A DNA stretch of 26,393 nucleotides from a virus (lineage: Duplodnaviria > Caudoviricetes). Below the pieces are notes generated by a model. It searched no databases, was not told the DNA's origin, and saw only the letters and a program-made list of their open reading frames with translations. Location: the IMG/VR virus record IMGVR_UViG_3300017747_004797, positions 1 through 26,393 of that record. One strand, written 5' to 3'. A program made the position numbers and the translations under genes. Within the stretch, counting starts at the first letter, position 1. Each line of letters opens with the position of its first letter. This document shows positions 7,437 to 18,627 of the stretch, piece by piece.

Positions 7437-10400
7437 TACCAGCCGTAATCCTTACCTTCTTCACCATGAACAACGCCAGCCATTCCAGATTGAGACATCT
7501 GCTCAAAAATGTTCTTCTTAGGTGTTGCTTTGCGTTCTTCTTCAATGAGTTTGTAACGCTTCATACTGCCATATTCCCCGCCGACACTTTCCTTTAACCA
7601 CTCCTCGTAATCTGGATCTCGGTCAGTAAGACCTCCACCAAAGAAGTTCGTGATTTGCTTAAAGTAATCAGGCGCAACATCTTCTGGTTTTAAACCGATG
7701 TCTTGGCGATCAGCAAAACGACGCTCACGCTTTAAACCTGCATCCTTAAATGTGTCAGTCCACGCAACAGGCATCAACTCAGTTATGAACCTACTTAAGT
7801 TTCGTGGCAACATAAATGAGAGTCTCTCACGTTCTTCAGGCGTTGACGTATTGTTAGCAATATACTGGTCACGCCATGCTGTGTATTCCTCATTGGTTTC
7901 CCATGCGTCTTGGCCAGAGAACGTTGTGCCTGTCGCAGCCATCCTAATGGCTTGAACTGTAGGGCTTAACTGGTTGTACACATATTGCTTGAATGCCCAT
8001 GCAGGGAAGTCGGCAATGTTTGTAGGTGCAATCGAACGGTACTTAGTGTTCTGCCTAACAGCACTTGCCATACCACCCGGTAGTGGCATTTGATACTCAC
8101 GCCCACCTGCACTGATCGACATCATCCCATTGTTAGCCATCTCGTCCATGATGACTTGCGCACCTTCTTGCTTTTCTTCCTCACTTGCACCAAACAATTG
8201 TTTGAATGCAGTCAAGAGAATAGATCCTCGTGTTGCAAGTTGGTACGCACGAGCGGATGCATACCCTTGAATCAACCTACGTCGCACATACGCTTTGACT
8301 TCAGGTGTAAATCCACCTTCTGTGGTATCAGCAAACAGTTTCGTCTCATGAGTAACATTTGCAATGTCTCGATCGATCAACTTATTGCTTACCTTGTTTG
8401 CAGCCAGCTTAGTCATGTACAACGCACGTCCAACCAATGGAGTAAGCATTAAACGAGAATGGCGGTACTTAGCAGAAGTAATCATAAACTGCACACTGCG
8501 TTGCAAGAAGTTAAGTCCCTTTGTTGGACTCACCTCACCACGTTGCATACCTTGCAGGATATTGATTGCGTCAGCTGAATCACGTAACTGTCGTGTCTGG
8601 AACTGCTCGATAGTTTTTAAACTACTTGGATCAGTAGGCAACATACCTTGGACTTCCAGATATCTTTTTTGGAATTCCGATACAGCAGCAATATCTTTGT
8701 AGAGTGAGTTGAATCGCTCCTTCATTGCAATAAGAGGTATAGCCTTTTGAGCAAATTTGCTATCACCGTAATAATCAGAAAGGCGCATTGTCAAAGGCAC
8801 ATCTTGTTTTGTTAAGCCTTCATTCTGTGCCAATGCAGCTTTGTACTCACGATGCCATTTCAAATACTCTAAGTTCAACCCGTAGTATTCCATGTCATCT
8901 AAAGTCAACTTAGTCCTGCCTAATACATGCTCCATGTATGCGTGTACATAGTTGTCCCCCCATTTACTCAATGGTATCGGAGAGTTCTTAAACACACCGG
9001 CAAGTAACCCCGGAGTATTTGGAAGCATTGCAAACGCACTGCCCATCGCGCTTATGCCGGGACCATAATGCATTCCAGCAGACAACCTGTTCTTTCGTGC
9101 ATATGTAAAATGCTCCCAGAACGTAAGCGGGTTAGCAACAAACCATGACTGGTTAAGAGCAACACTAACGTCACCTGCAAGTTTGACTGTTCTAAAGAAG
9201 CCATCAACTTCTCGCAATCCGTTAGCAACTAACGTAGTTGCTTTATGCCATCCACGTTTGTTGGCTCCACCTCGAACTTGGTGAGGCCCATCATCGTCAA
9301 TGTCCATTACGACTTCATCAGGCTTCAGCGATGGATCATAGTTGACTAAGATTTCACCGTCTGGAGATTGATCTATAATGCCAGACTGATTAGTCTCATT
9401 GGCAGGTGCTTGCACGTGCTCAACGAAATCTGCAGAGCTATACCCATCACTGAAAACACTATTGCCTCTCCACGCCTTCCATGAACTTGCTGGCTCTAGG
9501 CGAGGTTCTTTTCCCTTCTCTTGAATAAGAGCTGGGCGTGATAAAGGTGCTTTGTTATCAGGTGTCGGGGATACTTCTACAGGAGTTTTTGAACCCTTTT
9601 CAAACTGGCTAAAGAAGTTATCTTCACCATTCATCTCCTTGTGTGCTTCAAGCGCAATAAGATGCCTAGCAATGTATGCTTCTTCAGGCGCAATGCGAAT
9701 ACCGCCGTTTGCAGCACGTCCTAATGATCGACGACTAGCGTTAGTCGTTGCATGAACTGAACCAAGGTCGGTAAATGTTGTTTTGTATTTAGAGCCTTTC
9801 TTTTCAACCTTGATTCGCATGTGACGCAGTTGCATATTCCCATCGCCAAGTGCTTCTTTGCGAGCATATGCATCAATCAGATTGAACGCTTCAATGATGT
9901 TAGAAGGCTTGTTTCCAGCATTAAACCTACCAGTGGAGTCAACTCCAGATAAAACATAGAAAGGTAATGTCACATCAGCTGTTTTAACAGCAGCCTTTGT
10001 GCGTCCTATATCTGCTATAGCTGCCCCAATAACCTTAGAGATTGCAGAGTGAGTAACAGAATTCACATTACTCAATGACTGTTGTAATGCAGAACTACCA
10101 TCCCACTGTTCAAACTCTACTGTGTCAGATGACTTAAACGATGCTCCGTCACTTGATTCTTTCTGCATCAACCAGTTGACTTCATTAATCTTCTTTGGAG
10201 ATGAAGTCGGCATTCTTGTGTAGTCGTTTAATCCACCATAACCAGATTCGGCAGGTGCCTTACTCTTTACGATGATGTACTCAACATTACCTGCGCTATC
10301 GGTAATGGGAACAGCAGGTCTTACAGAACTATCGTTCTGGTCAATAGCAATGTAACCATACTCACGACCTGTTGCATTAGAGAACGCATCTGAGTATCTA

Positions 10401-13400
10401 CTCTCAACTCCCTTATTCCTCATAATAAGGAATGGTGTTTTACGGTTACTGAGATACTTAACGCCAACTAATTCAAACCGGTTATAAGACCGCATTGCAG
10501 CTGAACGATTAGCAACATCAATAGCCATAGCATGAGACGTTGCTAACATAGTCATTGCAGAAATACCGGCTGGTTGCTTGTCAACCATCTCCAAGAACTT
10601 CACTAAGTGAATGCCTTGCGACTCCGCTGCTGCATTTGCTGCTGTCAATATAAACTCACGCTGACTTGCAACGTTTGGTGTCATATCAGCATCACTGCTT
10701 GACAGTCTGTCAAACATTGTTTGCAATACTGTTGAATCTACAGATCGACCAACAGCATCCTGTGCGCTTAACGTCAACGTCCGCAAGTTATGCATTACGT
10801 CATCTGGCGATATTTCATTGCCTTTAGTTAATGCATTTTGTCGTTCTAAAGATTCACCAATTAAACTTAGTACATTGGCTGCAGTGGCATCATCTAATCC
10901 GTTTGCTGGATCAAATAATCTGGACTGAAACGAATTCAAATCCTTAGAGTCAAGGATAATGTTTGCAAATGACTCTAGTTGCTCCGGAGTCATCTGTGAA
11001 CGTAATCCACTTGCAATATCACGAACAACCATCATCGATGGGGTGGATGCACTTTCCTTTGTTACATGGAACATGCCATCCATTGCTCGTGTGTTACCTG
11101 TTTCACTTGTCAAGATAGACGGCGAATACTGAGTAGTACTCTTTCCATCTTTATCTACAACAATTGCACGTAACGGGAAATCAAATTCGTCTAGGCCAAA
11201 CAGTGACCGACGTAATGAATCAATAGCAGTATTAACAGAATCAACTACTGGCTGAGATTCATCAACTGGCATGTTGTCAATGTATTCATTGATTACATCT
11301 CGTGCCCTACTAGCTTCTCGACGCATTCCATTCAATGCATTTATACTTGACGTTACTGCTGCTTTGCCTTGGATAGTCTTGCCGTACTCTTCTTGACCAA
11401 CATCAAATGAGCTTACGTTTTTATCCGGCATACGATCAATATCAAGTCCGGCCTCAGCAACACGGTTGCGCATCTGTCGATATCCAGCCCAGTCCATACG
11501 ACCAACTGCGGATGATGCAAGCGCATTTGTCTTTCCATACATTGCGTACATTAATGACGCAAGGTTTGGATTCCATCCCGGCGCATCTCCTGCAACACGG
11601 ACGTTGTTCATCTCAAGTAACTGCTCAGGCTTAACTATAGCAATCGACGTGTTATCTCGTGACTGAGCATTAACAAGACCATACACATGGCTGTCTACGT
11701 CAGTTGCTTTAATCTGCACACCTGAAACAGAGTCAGTTGCAATTCCATCAGTAAAGTCTAGTTTGTAATACGATTTGCCATCTAACTCAAAACTAGGCTC
11801 TAACTTACCGTTTCCACTCGTGAGCTTGGTTGCGCTGTTTGAGTTAGGTTTAAATGAAACGTAGTTGCCGTGAATGCCAAATGCATGAGATTCACCTCCC
11901 ATCCTAGCGAATGCTGGAGGAACAACCTCTTGTGCAGTTGACGCACCCTTTAGAGACACTGTCAATTTATTGGAGGAGTCATTGACTGCCTTGAACATTG
12001 GGAATGAAGGCAAACCCTTCTTTCCAATAACAACAAAACTTAAGGTTGTATTTTCTGGAAGCCGTGCAAACGCTACTGGCTTACCTTGATTGTTGCGTAC
12101 GACAAAATGATCGTTGTAACGAATCTTCCATCTATGACGTGCGTCAGTAATTAACCCGGTGTTGTCAGACGTAACACTGTAGTCAGTAGATGTAATACCT
12201 TGCTTGCCAGTCTGACGGCCCATCATCTGAACAGCCCTGTTGATGAATGCTCCAACTCTATTGAATACACCAGATGCAGTATAAGCAACAGTAAAGTTAG
12301 CGTTGTCGTAAATAGGCTTCATGCCCATTGAGCCAGTAATCAACGAGGACACAACAGACTCATTCACTAATCTGTTCTTATACATCCAGTGATCGGTATC
12401 ACCGTGCATATCAATGTCCGTTTTGTACCTAAACATCTCTAAGTTGTTTAGGTTTTCAGTTGTCGGTTCTTTTTCTGCTAAGGCTTCTAGGTTTTTTTGA
12501 GTTCGATCAAGAATATCTAACTCACGCTTTACCATCTTGTAAACAGAAGCTAAATCATTAATTGACTCAGCTGGCCGACCATCAACTTTCCCTTGACTTT
12601 CCTTGAAGCCATGGGCAGTCATTAATGCGTTTAAAACATCCTGTGCGTATTCAAGTTTTTTGCGCAATGGCATTGTATGGAAAAGGCCATGGTGTAACTC
12701 GTGACCGATACTCAATACGTCACGTGACCTATTAGATGTACGGTTAAGGTGTAGAAGTAAATTGACACCAGCGCGATTCGCTGTCTTGGATAAGCCATCA
12801 GATGTCAACGATGCAAAACTTAAAAACAAGTCACCACGGCTCGTTGTCTTATCGGATGCCGTAATAACTAATCGTCCATTGTCACGATAGAACTCATGCT
12901 GTAGTTGAGCAATTCGATTAGTAAAAATGTATGTCGAAAGTTTTTCACCAAATGCTTCATCAAAGTCAAACGCCTTGACTACTTCATTAACAAACGAATT
13001 ACCCTCGGATGTAAATAATGGCAATCCATCATCAATGCGTTGAATCAGACCATCTATTGCAGCAATGCGTTCATCAGTACGGGCAAGTCGTTTAGCAACC
13101 GCAAGGATTTGTCGTGCTTGAGCGTTAGCCTCTGCAATGTTTCCTGTTCTAAATTCATATTCAGCATGACGTGCAGCGTATGCGTATGCATGTAAATCAT
13201 AAGCATCGGCATATGCTTCTGCTAGTTGATCGACTACAGCCTTAACTTCTGGAGTGGAGTTCTCAAGTTGCATTGCACGTTTAAAAGCAATGACTAATCC
13301 TTCACGACCTCCAGCAACTGTACCTTCTAAAGAAACTACTCCACCTTTATCCGTTGCTGCGCCAATACCTTCAACGTCAGAAAACGGAAACTCAACTGGT

Positions 13401-16400
13401 ACGGTAGTTACTCGTGGAGAACGTTGTTCTTCAAGCCATTGATTAGATGCTTCATGCTGTGCCCGAATAGACTCAAACTCATCTTGTGTTATGCGTGTTT
13501 GAGGCGGAGGCTCCGATCCATTGTCAACATTTAAATCATGCGCTTTGCCAACGATCTCGGACTTTGTCTCTTGATTAATCTTAACCAACGGAGTCTTTTG
13601 CCCTGCTGTGGCAGCCTGTGCTGCTGCCATTTGAGCATTAAGCTCCATTGCTTTTAAAGTTGCATTAGATATTTGGTTGTATTGTTTCTTAGTAGCACCA
13701 ACATACTCTGCCACCATCTCAGGATCTGGAGAGATGTTTCTAAGCGCAAGTGATACAGCTGCGTTAATACTATCGATGAATCCAGCCTGCTTTTGTTGCA
13801 GTGTCGCGTTTTGATTACGTGGTGACGACATTGCATTGAACGCATCTTCTACATGCTTTTCAATAGCGGAATATACTTCATCGGATACACGTCCTCTAAA
13901 CGGCAACACGATGTCGTTTAAACTATCCAGAGTAATAGAATCAAGTGCAGACAACTGCATAGTCGCTGCTCGCATGTCATTACTTGCTTCTACAAAGTAA
14001 GGAAGGGTTCCATTCTTGATGTGTGAACTGATCTCACCTACAGTAATTTCAGAACCGGGGAATCGTAAACCTGAGAACAAGGTGTTAAATTCTTGCTCGC
14101 TAATGTCCTGTGTTGAAAGTGCCTCAAACACAGTTTGGCGAATACCGGCATCCTCAGTAGATAACGTCTTTAAGAATGCGTTTACATCCGCAATGTTTCC
14201 ATTGCCATTTGGCTTCTGCACTTCTGCAACAGCCACTCTTCCGCCTTGTTGGTTTAACTCACGTTTATAGGACGCAATCTCATCCGAAACCATCTTAGAA
14301 TAAGATTCAAACTTTACACTTCCAGCCTTTGGTAATGTCCTTCTACTTGCCGACACACCAGCAGCCAGCATTAATTCCTTGACGTTATTCCTTGTAAGGC
14401 GAGTAGTTGATTTAGCTGTGTCTAGACCCTTACCAGACAACTCCATCATCTTCTTGTATAGCGTTCGCTGATCATCAATTGACAATCGAGCAACCTGATT
14501 CCAGCCATCATCAACTAATCCACGTCCATTTAAAAATGTTCGTAGTTGAGGAATAACCTGCGACATCTGCACTGTACGCTTAGAGATGATTGCACGATCT
14601 TCAGGGGAAATATTTCGTCCTGCTTCAGACCTAAAGTATCTATCAATGACTGTTGATAGACGTACGGTGCCTTTATTCCATTGGTTTAAAATGATGCCTG
14701 AATGTTCTTGCTGAACACGTGAAACAATAGTTTTCTCAATGACATCACCAGAAAACAACGTACTCATGTCGTTGTATAAGTTAAATGGTCTATTCTCCGC
14801 TAATAGCCAACTAGACATTCCATCCAAGGAATGGTTTAACTTTACTATTGAGTTAAGATCTGTGACTGTATCCAAGTCCAAAGATAGCATCGCATGAATC
14901 AATGTCTCTTTATGGGCATAAGAAACTTCATCACCATTAAGGATGTTGACAATTCCATCCTGCATTGATTGAGCATCAATAGTTCTATCTTGTGATAAGT
15001 CAACTAACGTTTTTGAGACATACTCAACCGTGCCTTCTTCCATCAATCTAGAAGTGACACGGCCAATCTTTTCACCATGCATAGCAACAATTGATTCAGG
15101 ATCAACAGGTATTGCAGTTGCTGTGTCAACGGCTATTTCTTCAGATGTAGCAACAGGTTCTTTCTTAGCACCGTAACCAAATTCAGCTTCGATATCTTCC
15201 ACCGTCGCAATAGGACGCATGTTTGATTCTTGGCCACCAAGGTGAGGTTGAACAATAGGTTGCAAGTTGTCTGGGTGAACAATTACAGTTCGTCCACCTT
15301 CTGCTGACATTGTGCCGGGAAGTTCATTTGCTAACTTTACATGAACGCCATTCTTGTCTACGTCTACAACAACACCACGTTCATATCCTGCACGTTTAAC
15401 AACAGACGGTCTAGCCTTACCGTCCTTTTCGTGGTCTATAAATGCAACAACATCACCGACACTAACAGGGGTGTCAGTGTAGCCATAGTTATAATCAATA
15501 GCATCACCTTCAATTTTGCCGTTGCGGGACAATCGCATTAACCGGTTAAGTATGTCGCTATTTGCTTTGTTCTTAATTTTTGCAACATCTTCACCCTTGT
15601 AGTCAGCTTCTTCTAATGCTTGACGAGCAGGATCAAGAATCTTTTTAACGATGTCTTTGTGAACAGCCTCACTTACAAAAATACGACGTTCGCGACCATC
15701 ACCAGTATCAACATCGTAGTAGCCGGGATGCTCTTTGCTTCTTGCCTGAGTAAACAAATCCTTTGCATACCTAGAGCCAATGACTGTCTCCATACGAGTA
15801 TCGATTGGTTCCATAACAGGCACGGATTCATTTGCACCATCAGCAAATTTTGGAACACGTAATACAGCACCGTTAGGTAGTTGATAAGTATTGAACGCAG
15901 CGTCACTTGCAACCTTACGCGCTGGTAATGCACCTCGCTCACCACGGGTTGATTTGCCAGCAAAGATTGTACTGGGAAACAAATCCCTATCTGCATTTGC
16001 AAAAGAGGTACGAGTGTAGTTGACTGCTGTGCCTTCACCGTCTTCTGCTCTAGGAGTATCAAACGCTTCTGATAGATCGTCAATTAAAGCGTTAACTCTT
16101 TCCTTCATGCTCTCCGGGACAGTAAGCTCGAATTCACGTGGAGTCAACTCATGGATAGTGCCAACTAAATTATTTGACCTACGAACAATTAATCGCCCAT
16201 TGCCAAATCCAATGACATCGTAATCGTAACGGCTACCAGCTGGATCAGTGTGTGACCAAGACACAGCACTGTTTTCTCTTTGGTTAAATCGTTGAATGCC
16301 GGGTAATAAATTCTCACGATTTAAATGACCAGCGCCAATTTCATAGGAGTCTGGATGCAATGTATGCGTAGGCATACTTAAATCTTCTGTTACAAAAACA

Positions 16401-18616
16401 TTCTTTAAGTCGTTCGAGTAAATAACCTTACGTGGCCCGTCAGCAGTTTCAATAACCATTGAAGCCAATGGAACACCACGCTTGTTAGTGGTCATCTGCT
16501 CAGCACCAGATTCTGGAGTTATTGCTGGCTTTGGCATTTCCGCACGTGCAATTTTAAGTGCTAAATTCAGATCTACTTGTTGACCTACAGTACTAAACTT
16601 TAAAAGCCTTGGGTTGATTTGACCTACTAGTGATGTTTGTTGTGTAGGCCTTGTAACAGATGACACCGGAGGTTCTGGTAATCGAGTACCAGAAACATTT
16701 GTATTTTGTCGTGACGTTCCTGTTAAACTTTCGCCTGATGCAATCCGAGTAGTAATTTCTGGATTAACTACAGGAGTAAATTGACCTGTAGTTTTATTGG
16801 CTTCTAATATTTGAGCAGATGGCAAAGCATTGATTACATCAATGGTTTCATCAATACTCTTAGGCATACGCATGCCGGGATACTGCTGCTCAAACTCATG
16901 GCTAACGTATGCTAATGCTTCGTCATAACTCATTCCTACATTTTTAGTAAGATGACCAATGATTGGCGCACGGCTTGCCATTGTCTGACGAGCAGCCCGG
17001 CTTTGACGAGTTGCTTCATATTTAATTTGTGAGTCACGAGCAATGACCTCACTCATGTTATTTATCTTAGCTGGCAATGTACCCTTTGGCGCACGAGATA
17101 AAACACCAAACGATAAACCAGTCAATACATCTACTGGTTCAGGCATTGGTGTCTTTTCTGGATCATATAAAGACATGCCAGCTTGCACTGCCTGTGGCGC
17201 AACGTTTGCTGCTGACTCAATTGCAAATGGGGAAGCCTTTAGTAATTGATCTTTAGCCAACTGCCCTATTGTTGGCCTTGTTGCTACAGGTAGACCCATG
17301 CCTTGCGCACCTTCAGCAATAGCATTTACTGTTTGTTGTGCTTTTGCTGCAGACTGCACGGTTTTAACACCGTTGACGGCTTCCTTTAAATTCTGCTTGT
17401 AGTTACCACTCATCAAAATGTTAGGTAACTTTTTAGTAACAAGAGCAGATGTTAAAGCAGCAGTCATCATTAAAGGGCCAGTGGCATATGCTTGTTGATG
17501 AGCCATCTGCGTTGCTTGTTCAGACGGCTCTCCATAAGCACCAGCAAGCTTGCGCGTAAATCCACCGGGGTTACCTAATGGGTTATAACGTGCGTCACCC
17601 GTTGCCATTTCGGCAATACCACCACCAATTTGACCAAGAAGCATTCCTGCATTTACGACACCAACCGGCACACCAGCTGGCCCAGCCAAAGCAGTTGCAA
17701 GTGCTGTAGATCCAAGTCCTACACCTAATGCACCTAAAAAGTTACCTGCTTCCATTCCAGCTGCTTGACCGACGTTACGTGGATCAACGTTGCCGGAAAT
17801 AGTGTCACCAACTTTAGCTGCAAGCTCTTCATCGGTTTGATCAGGGTCAAGTGCATTTACTACAGATGCCCTAGCCATATTAAACTGTTGTGGCGTTATT
17901 CTGTTTCCACTTCCGCCCCAATCAACAACACTTTGATTTACTTTGTTTAACTGGTTCTCAACAGCTCCGACCGTGTCAAAAGCTGCGTTGGCAACTCCTT
18001 TGTAAACACCAGTAGCAACATCGCCAGCTAGTTTACGATTGTATGTGCCTCTAGTTGTAGCACCAAGATTGGAGAAGGTATTGCCCCAATGTGACGGTTC
18101 TACATAATCTTTTTGTGCTTTGACTAGTGCTTCGCGTTTAGTAGAAGCCTTATTAGCTACTTCTTCAAATGGTTGCTTGTAATTGTATGTGCCATCCTGT
18201 ATCCACATACTGCGCATCATGGGCTGTTCTTTATTCGTAACACGGTTACGATAAGTTACAGGCTTCCCTTCTGCGTCAAGCATTGGAGATTTACCAACTT
18301 CAGCCCTTACGTCCTGATACTTCTTAAGACGTGTTCTGTAATCAGAATCAGAAATAATGCCAGCGGATCTAGCGTCATTGAGCACAGCTGGTGTTACGTC
18401 AACACCATTAACCCTACGGATTAAAAAAGCGTAGTCTGGGTTAACTCGTTTTGGTTTAGAAACGGTTGAGTCAAACTGATTAATCCAATCAACTATTTGT
18501 TTATGCTCTGGGTTCTTTGGCGTATTAAGACGTTTGTTGTCTGTAGGTACATCAACTGTAACCCATTCATACTTTCGTGTAATCGGGTTATATTTTTGTG
18601 TACGTCTTTGAGCCAT
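7436..18616 (-). CDS. Giant internal virion / DNA-ejection polyvalent protein (3726 aa) with zincin-like HExxH motif
   Basis: Last and largest of three genes after the nozzle; Gly/Ala hydrophobic segment (aa ~291-340); HELHH at aa 1972-1976; helical C-terminus with LSPTVQAI...G.TFSG (LPD38-like); no Cys; GAGGT SD. Confidence 0.8.
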   Translation of the reverse strand: MAQRRTQKYNPITRKYEWVTVDVPTDNKRLNTPKNPEHKQIVDWINQFDSTVSKPKRVNPDYAFLIRRVNGVDVTPAVLNDARSAGIISDSDYRTRLKKYQDVRAEVGKSPMLDAEGKPVTYRNRVTNKEQPMMRSMWIQDGTYNYKQPFEEVANKASTKREALVKAQKDYVEPSHWGNTFSNLGATTRGTYNRKLAGDVATGVYKGVANAAFDTVGAVENQLNKVNQSVVDWGGSGNRITPQQFNMARASVVNALDPDQTDEELAAKVGDTISGNVDPRNVGQAAGMEAGNFLGALGVGLGSTALATALAGPAGVPVGVVNAGMLLGQIGGGIAEMATGDARYNPLGNPGGFTRKLAGAYGEPSEQATQMAHQQAYATGPLMMTAALTSALVTKKLPNILMSGNYKQNLKEAVNGVKTVQSAAKAQQTVNAIAEGAQGMGLPVATRPTIGQLAKDQLLKASPFAIESAANVAPQAVQAGMSLYDPEKTPMPEPVDVLTGLSFGVLSRAPKGTLPAKINNMSEVIARDSQIKYEATRQSRAARQTMASRAPIIGHLTKNVGMSYDEALAYVSHEFEQQYPGMRMPKSIDETIDVINALPSAQILEANKTTGQFTPVVNPEITTRIASGESLTGTSRQNTNVSGTRLPEPPVSSVTRPTQQTSLVGQINPRLLKFSTVGQQVDLNLALKIARAEMPKPAITPESGAEQMTTNKRGVPLASMVIETADGPRKVIYSNDLKNVFVTEDLSMPTHTLHPDSYEIGAGHLNRENLLPGIQRFNQRENSAVSWSHTDPAGSRYDYDVIGFGNGRLIVRRSNNLVGTIHELTPREFELTVPESMKERVNALIDDLSEAFDTPRAEDGEGTAVNYTRTSFANADRDLFPSTIFAGKSTRGERGALPARKVASDAAFNTYQLPNGAVLRVPKFADGANESVPVMEPIDTRMETVIGSRYAKDLFTQARSKEHPGYYDVDTGDGRERRIFVSEAVHKDIVKKILDPARQALEEADYKGEDVAKIKNKANSDILNRLMRLSRNGKIEGDAIDYNYGYTDTPVSVGDVVAFIDHEKDGKARPSVVKRAGYERGVVVDVDKNGVHVKLANELPGTMSAEGGRTVIVHPDNLQPIVQPHLGGQESNMRPIATVEDIEAEFGYGAKKEPVATSEEIAVDTATAIPVDPESIVAMHGEKIGRVTSRLMEEGTVEYVSKTLVDLSQDRTIDAQSMQDGIVNILNGDEVSYAHKETLIHAMLSLDLDTVTDLNSIVKLNHSLDGMSSWLLAENRPFNLYNDMSTLFSGDVIEKTIVSRVQQEHSGIILNQWNKGTVRLSTVIDRYFRSEAGRNISPEDRAIISKRTVQMSQVIPQLRTFLNGRGLVDDGWNQVARLSIDDQRTLYKKMMELSGKGLDTAKSTTRLTRNNVKELMLAAGVSASRRTLPKAGSVKFESYSKMVSDEIASYKRELNQQGGRVAVAEVQKPNGNGNIADVNAFLKTLSTEDAGIRQTVFEALSTQDISEQEFNTLFSGLRFPGSEITVGEISSHIKNGTLPYFVEASNDMRAATMQLSALDSITLDSLNDIVLPFRGRVSDEVYSAIEKHVEDAFNAMSSPRNQNATLQQKQAGFIDSINAAVSLALRNISPDPEMVAEYVGATKKQYNQISNATLKAMELNAQMAAAQAATAGQKTPLVKINQETKSEIVGKAHDLNVDNGSEPPPQTRITQDEFESIRAQHEASNQWLEEQRSPRVTTVPVEFPFSDVEGIGAATDKGGVVSLEGTVAGGREGLVIAFKRAMQLENSTPEVKAVVDQLAEAYADAYDLHAYAYAARHAEYEFRTGNIAEANAQARQILAVAKRLARTDERIAAIDGLIQRIDDGLPLFTSEGNSFVNEVVKAFDFDEAFGEKLSTYIFTNRIAQLQHEFYRDNGRLVITASDKTTSRGDLFLSFASLTSDGLSKTANRAGVNLLLHLNRTSNRSRDVLSIGHELHHGLFHTMPLRKKLEYAQDVLNALMTAHGFKESQGKVDGRPAESINDLASVYKMVKRELDILDRTQKNLEALAEKEPTTENLNNLEMFRYKTDIDMHGDTDHWMYKNRLVNESVVSSLITGSMGMKPIYDNANFTVAYTASGVFNRVGAFINRAVQMMGRQTGKQGITSTDYSVTSDNTGLITDARHRWKIRYNDHFVVRNNQGKPVAFARLPENTTLSFVVIGKKGLPSFPMFKAVNDSSNKLTVSLKGASTAQEVVPPAFARMGGESHAFGIHGNYVSFKPNSNSATKLTSGNGKLEPSFELDGKSYYKLDFTDGIATDSVSGVQIKATDVDSHVYGLVNAQSRDNTSIAIVKPEQLLEMNNVRVAGDAPGWNPNLASLMYAMYGKTNALASSAVGRMDWAGYRQMRNRVAEAGLDIDRMPDKNVSSFDVGQEEYGKTIQGKAAVTSSINALNGMRREASRARDVINEYIDNMPVDESQPVVDSVNTAIDSLRRSLFGLDEFDFPLRAIVVDKDGKSTTQYSPSILTSETGNTRAMDGMFHVTKESASTPSMMVVRDIASGLRSQMTPEQLESFANIILDSKDLNSFQSRLFDPANGLDDATAANVLSLIGESLERQNALTKGNEISPDDVMHNLRTLTLSAQDAVGRSVDSTVLQTMFDRLSSSDADMTPNVASQREFILTAANAAAESQGIHLVKFLEMVDKQPAGISAMTMLATSHAMAIDVANRSAAMRSYNRFELVGVKYLSNRKTPFLIMRNKGVESRYSDAFSNATGREYGYIAIDQNDSSVRPAVPITDSAGNVEYIIVKSKAPAESGYGGLNDYTRMPTSSPKKINEVNWLMQKESSDGASFKSSDTVEFEQWDGSSALQQSLSNVNSVTHSAISKVIGAAIADIGRTKAAVKTADVTLPFYVLSGVDSTGRFNAGNKPSNIIEAFNLIDAYARKEALGDGNMQLRHMRIKVEKKGSKYKTTFTDLGSVHATTNASRRSLGRAANGGIRIAPEEAYIARHLIALEAHKEMNGEDNFFSQFEKGSKTPVEVSPTPDNKAPLSRPALIQEKGKEPRLEPASSWKAWRGNSVFSDGYSSADFVEHVQAPANETNQSGIIDQSPDGEILVNYDPSLKPDEVVMDIDDDGPHQVRGGANKRGWHKATTLVANGLREVDGFFRTVKLAGDVSVALNQSWFVANPLTFWEHFTYARKNRLSAGMHYGPGISAMGSAFAMLPNTPGLLAGVFKNSPIPLSKWGDNYVHAYMEHVLGRTKLTLDDMEYYGLNLEYLKWHREYKAALAQNEGLTKQDVPLTMRLSDYYGDSKFAQKAIPLIAMKERFNSLYKDIAAVSEFQKRYLEVQGMLPTDPSSLKTIEQFQTRQLRDSADAINILQGMQRGEVSPTKGLNFLQRSVQFMITSAKYRHSRLMLTPLVGRALYMTKLAANKVSNKLIDRDIANVTHETKLFADTTEGGFTPEVKAYVRRRLIQGYASARAYQLATRGSILLTAFKQLFGASEEEKQEGAQVIMDEMANNGMMSISAGGREYQMPLPGGMASAVRQNTKYRSIAPTNIADFPAWAFKQYVYNQLSPTVQAIRMAATGTTFSGQDAWETNEEYTAWRDQYIANNTSTPEERERLSFMLPRNLSRFITELMPVAWTDTFKDAGLKRERRFADRQDIGLKPEDVAPDYFKQITNFFGGGLTDRDPDYEEWLKESVGGEYGSMKRYKLIEEERKATPKKNIFEQMSQSGMAGVVHGEEGKDYGW

Positions 18617-18627
18617 CTAAATACCTC

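Noticed and set aside
10990-11090. Possible second, degenerate zincin site (DGMFHV...MVVRDIASGL)
   Set aside because: Spacing is suggestive, but no His/Glu ligands remain; cannot be supported without a profile search.
7436-18616. Giant protein as an N4- or crAss-like virion RNA polymerase
   Set aside because: Size and lack of Cys fit, but I found no RxxxKxxxxxxxYG, DxDGD or DFDID motif. Near-matches (MYAMYG, DIDMHGD, DIDDDG) lack context. Not fully excluded without structure prediction.
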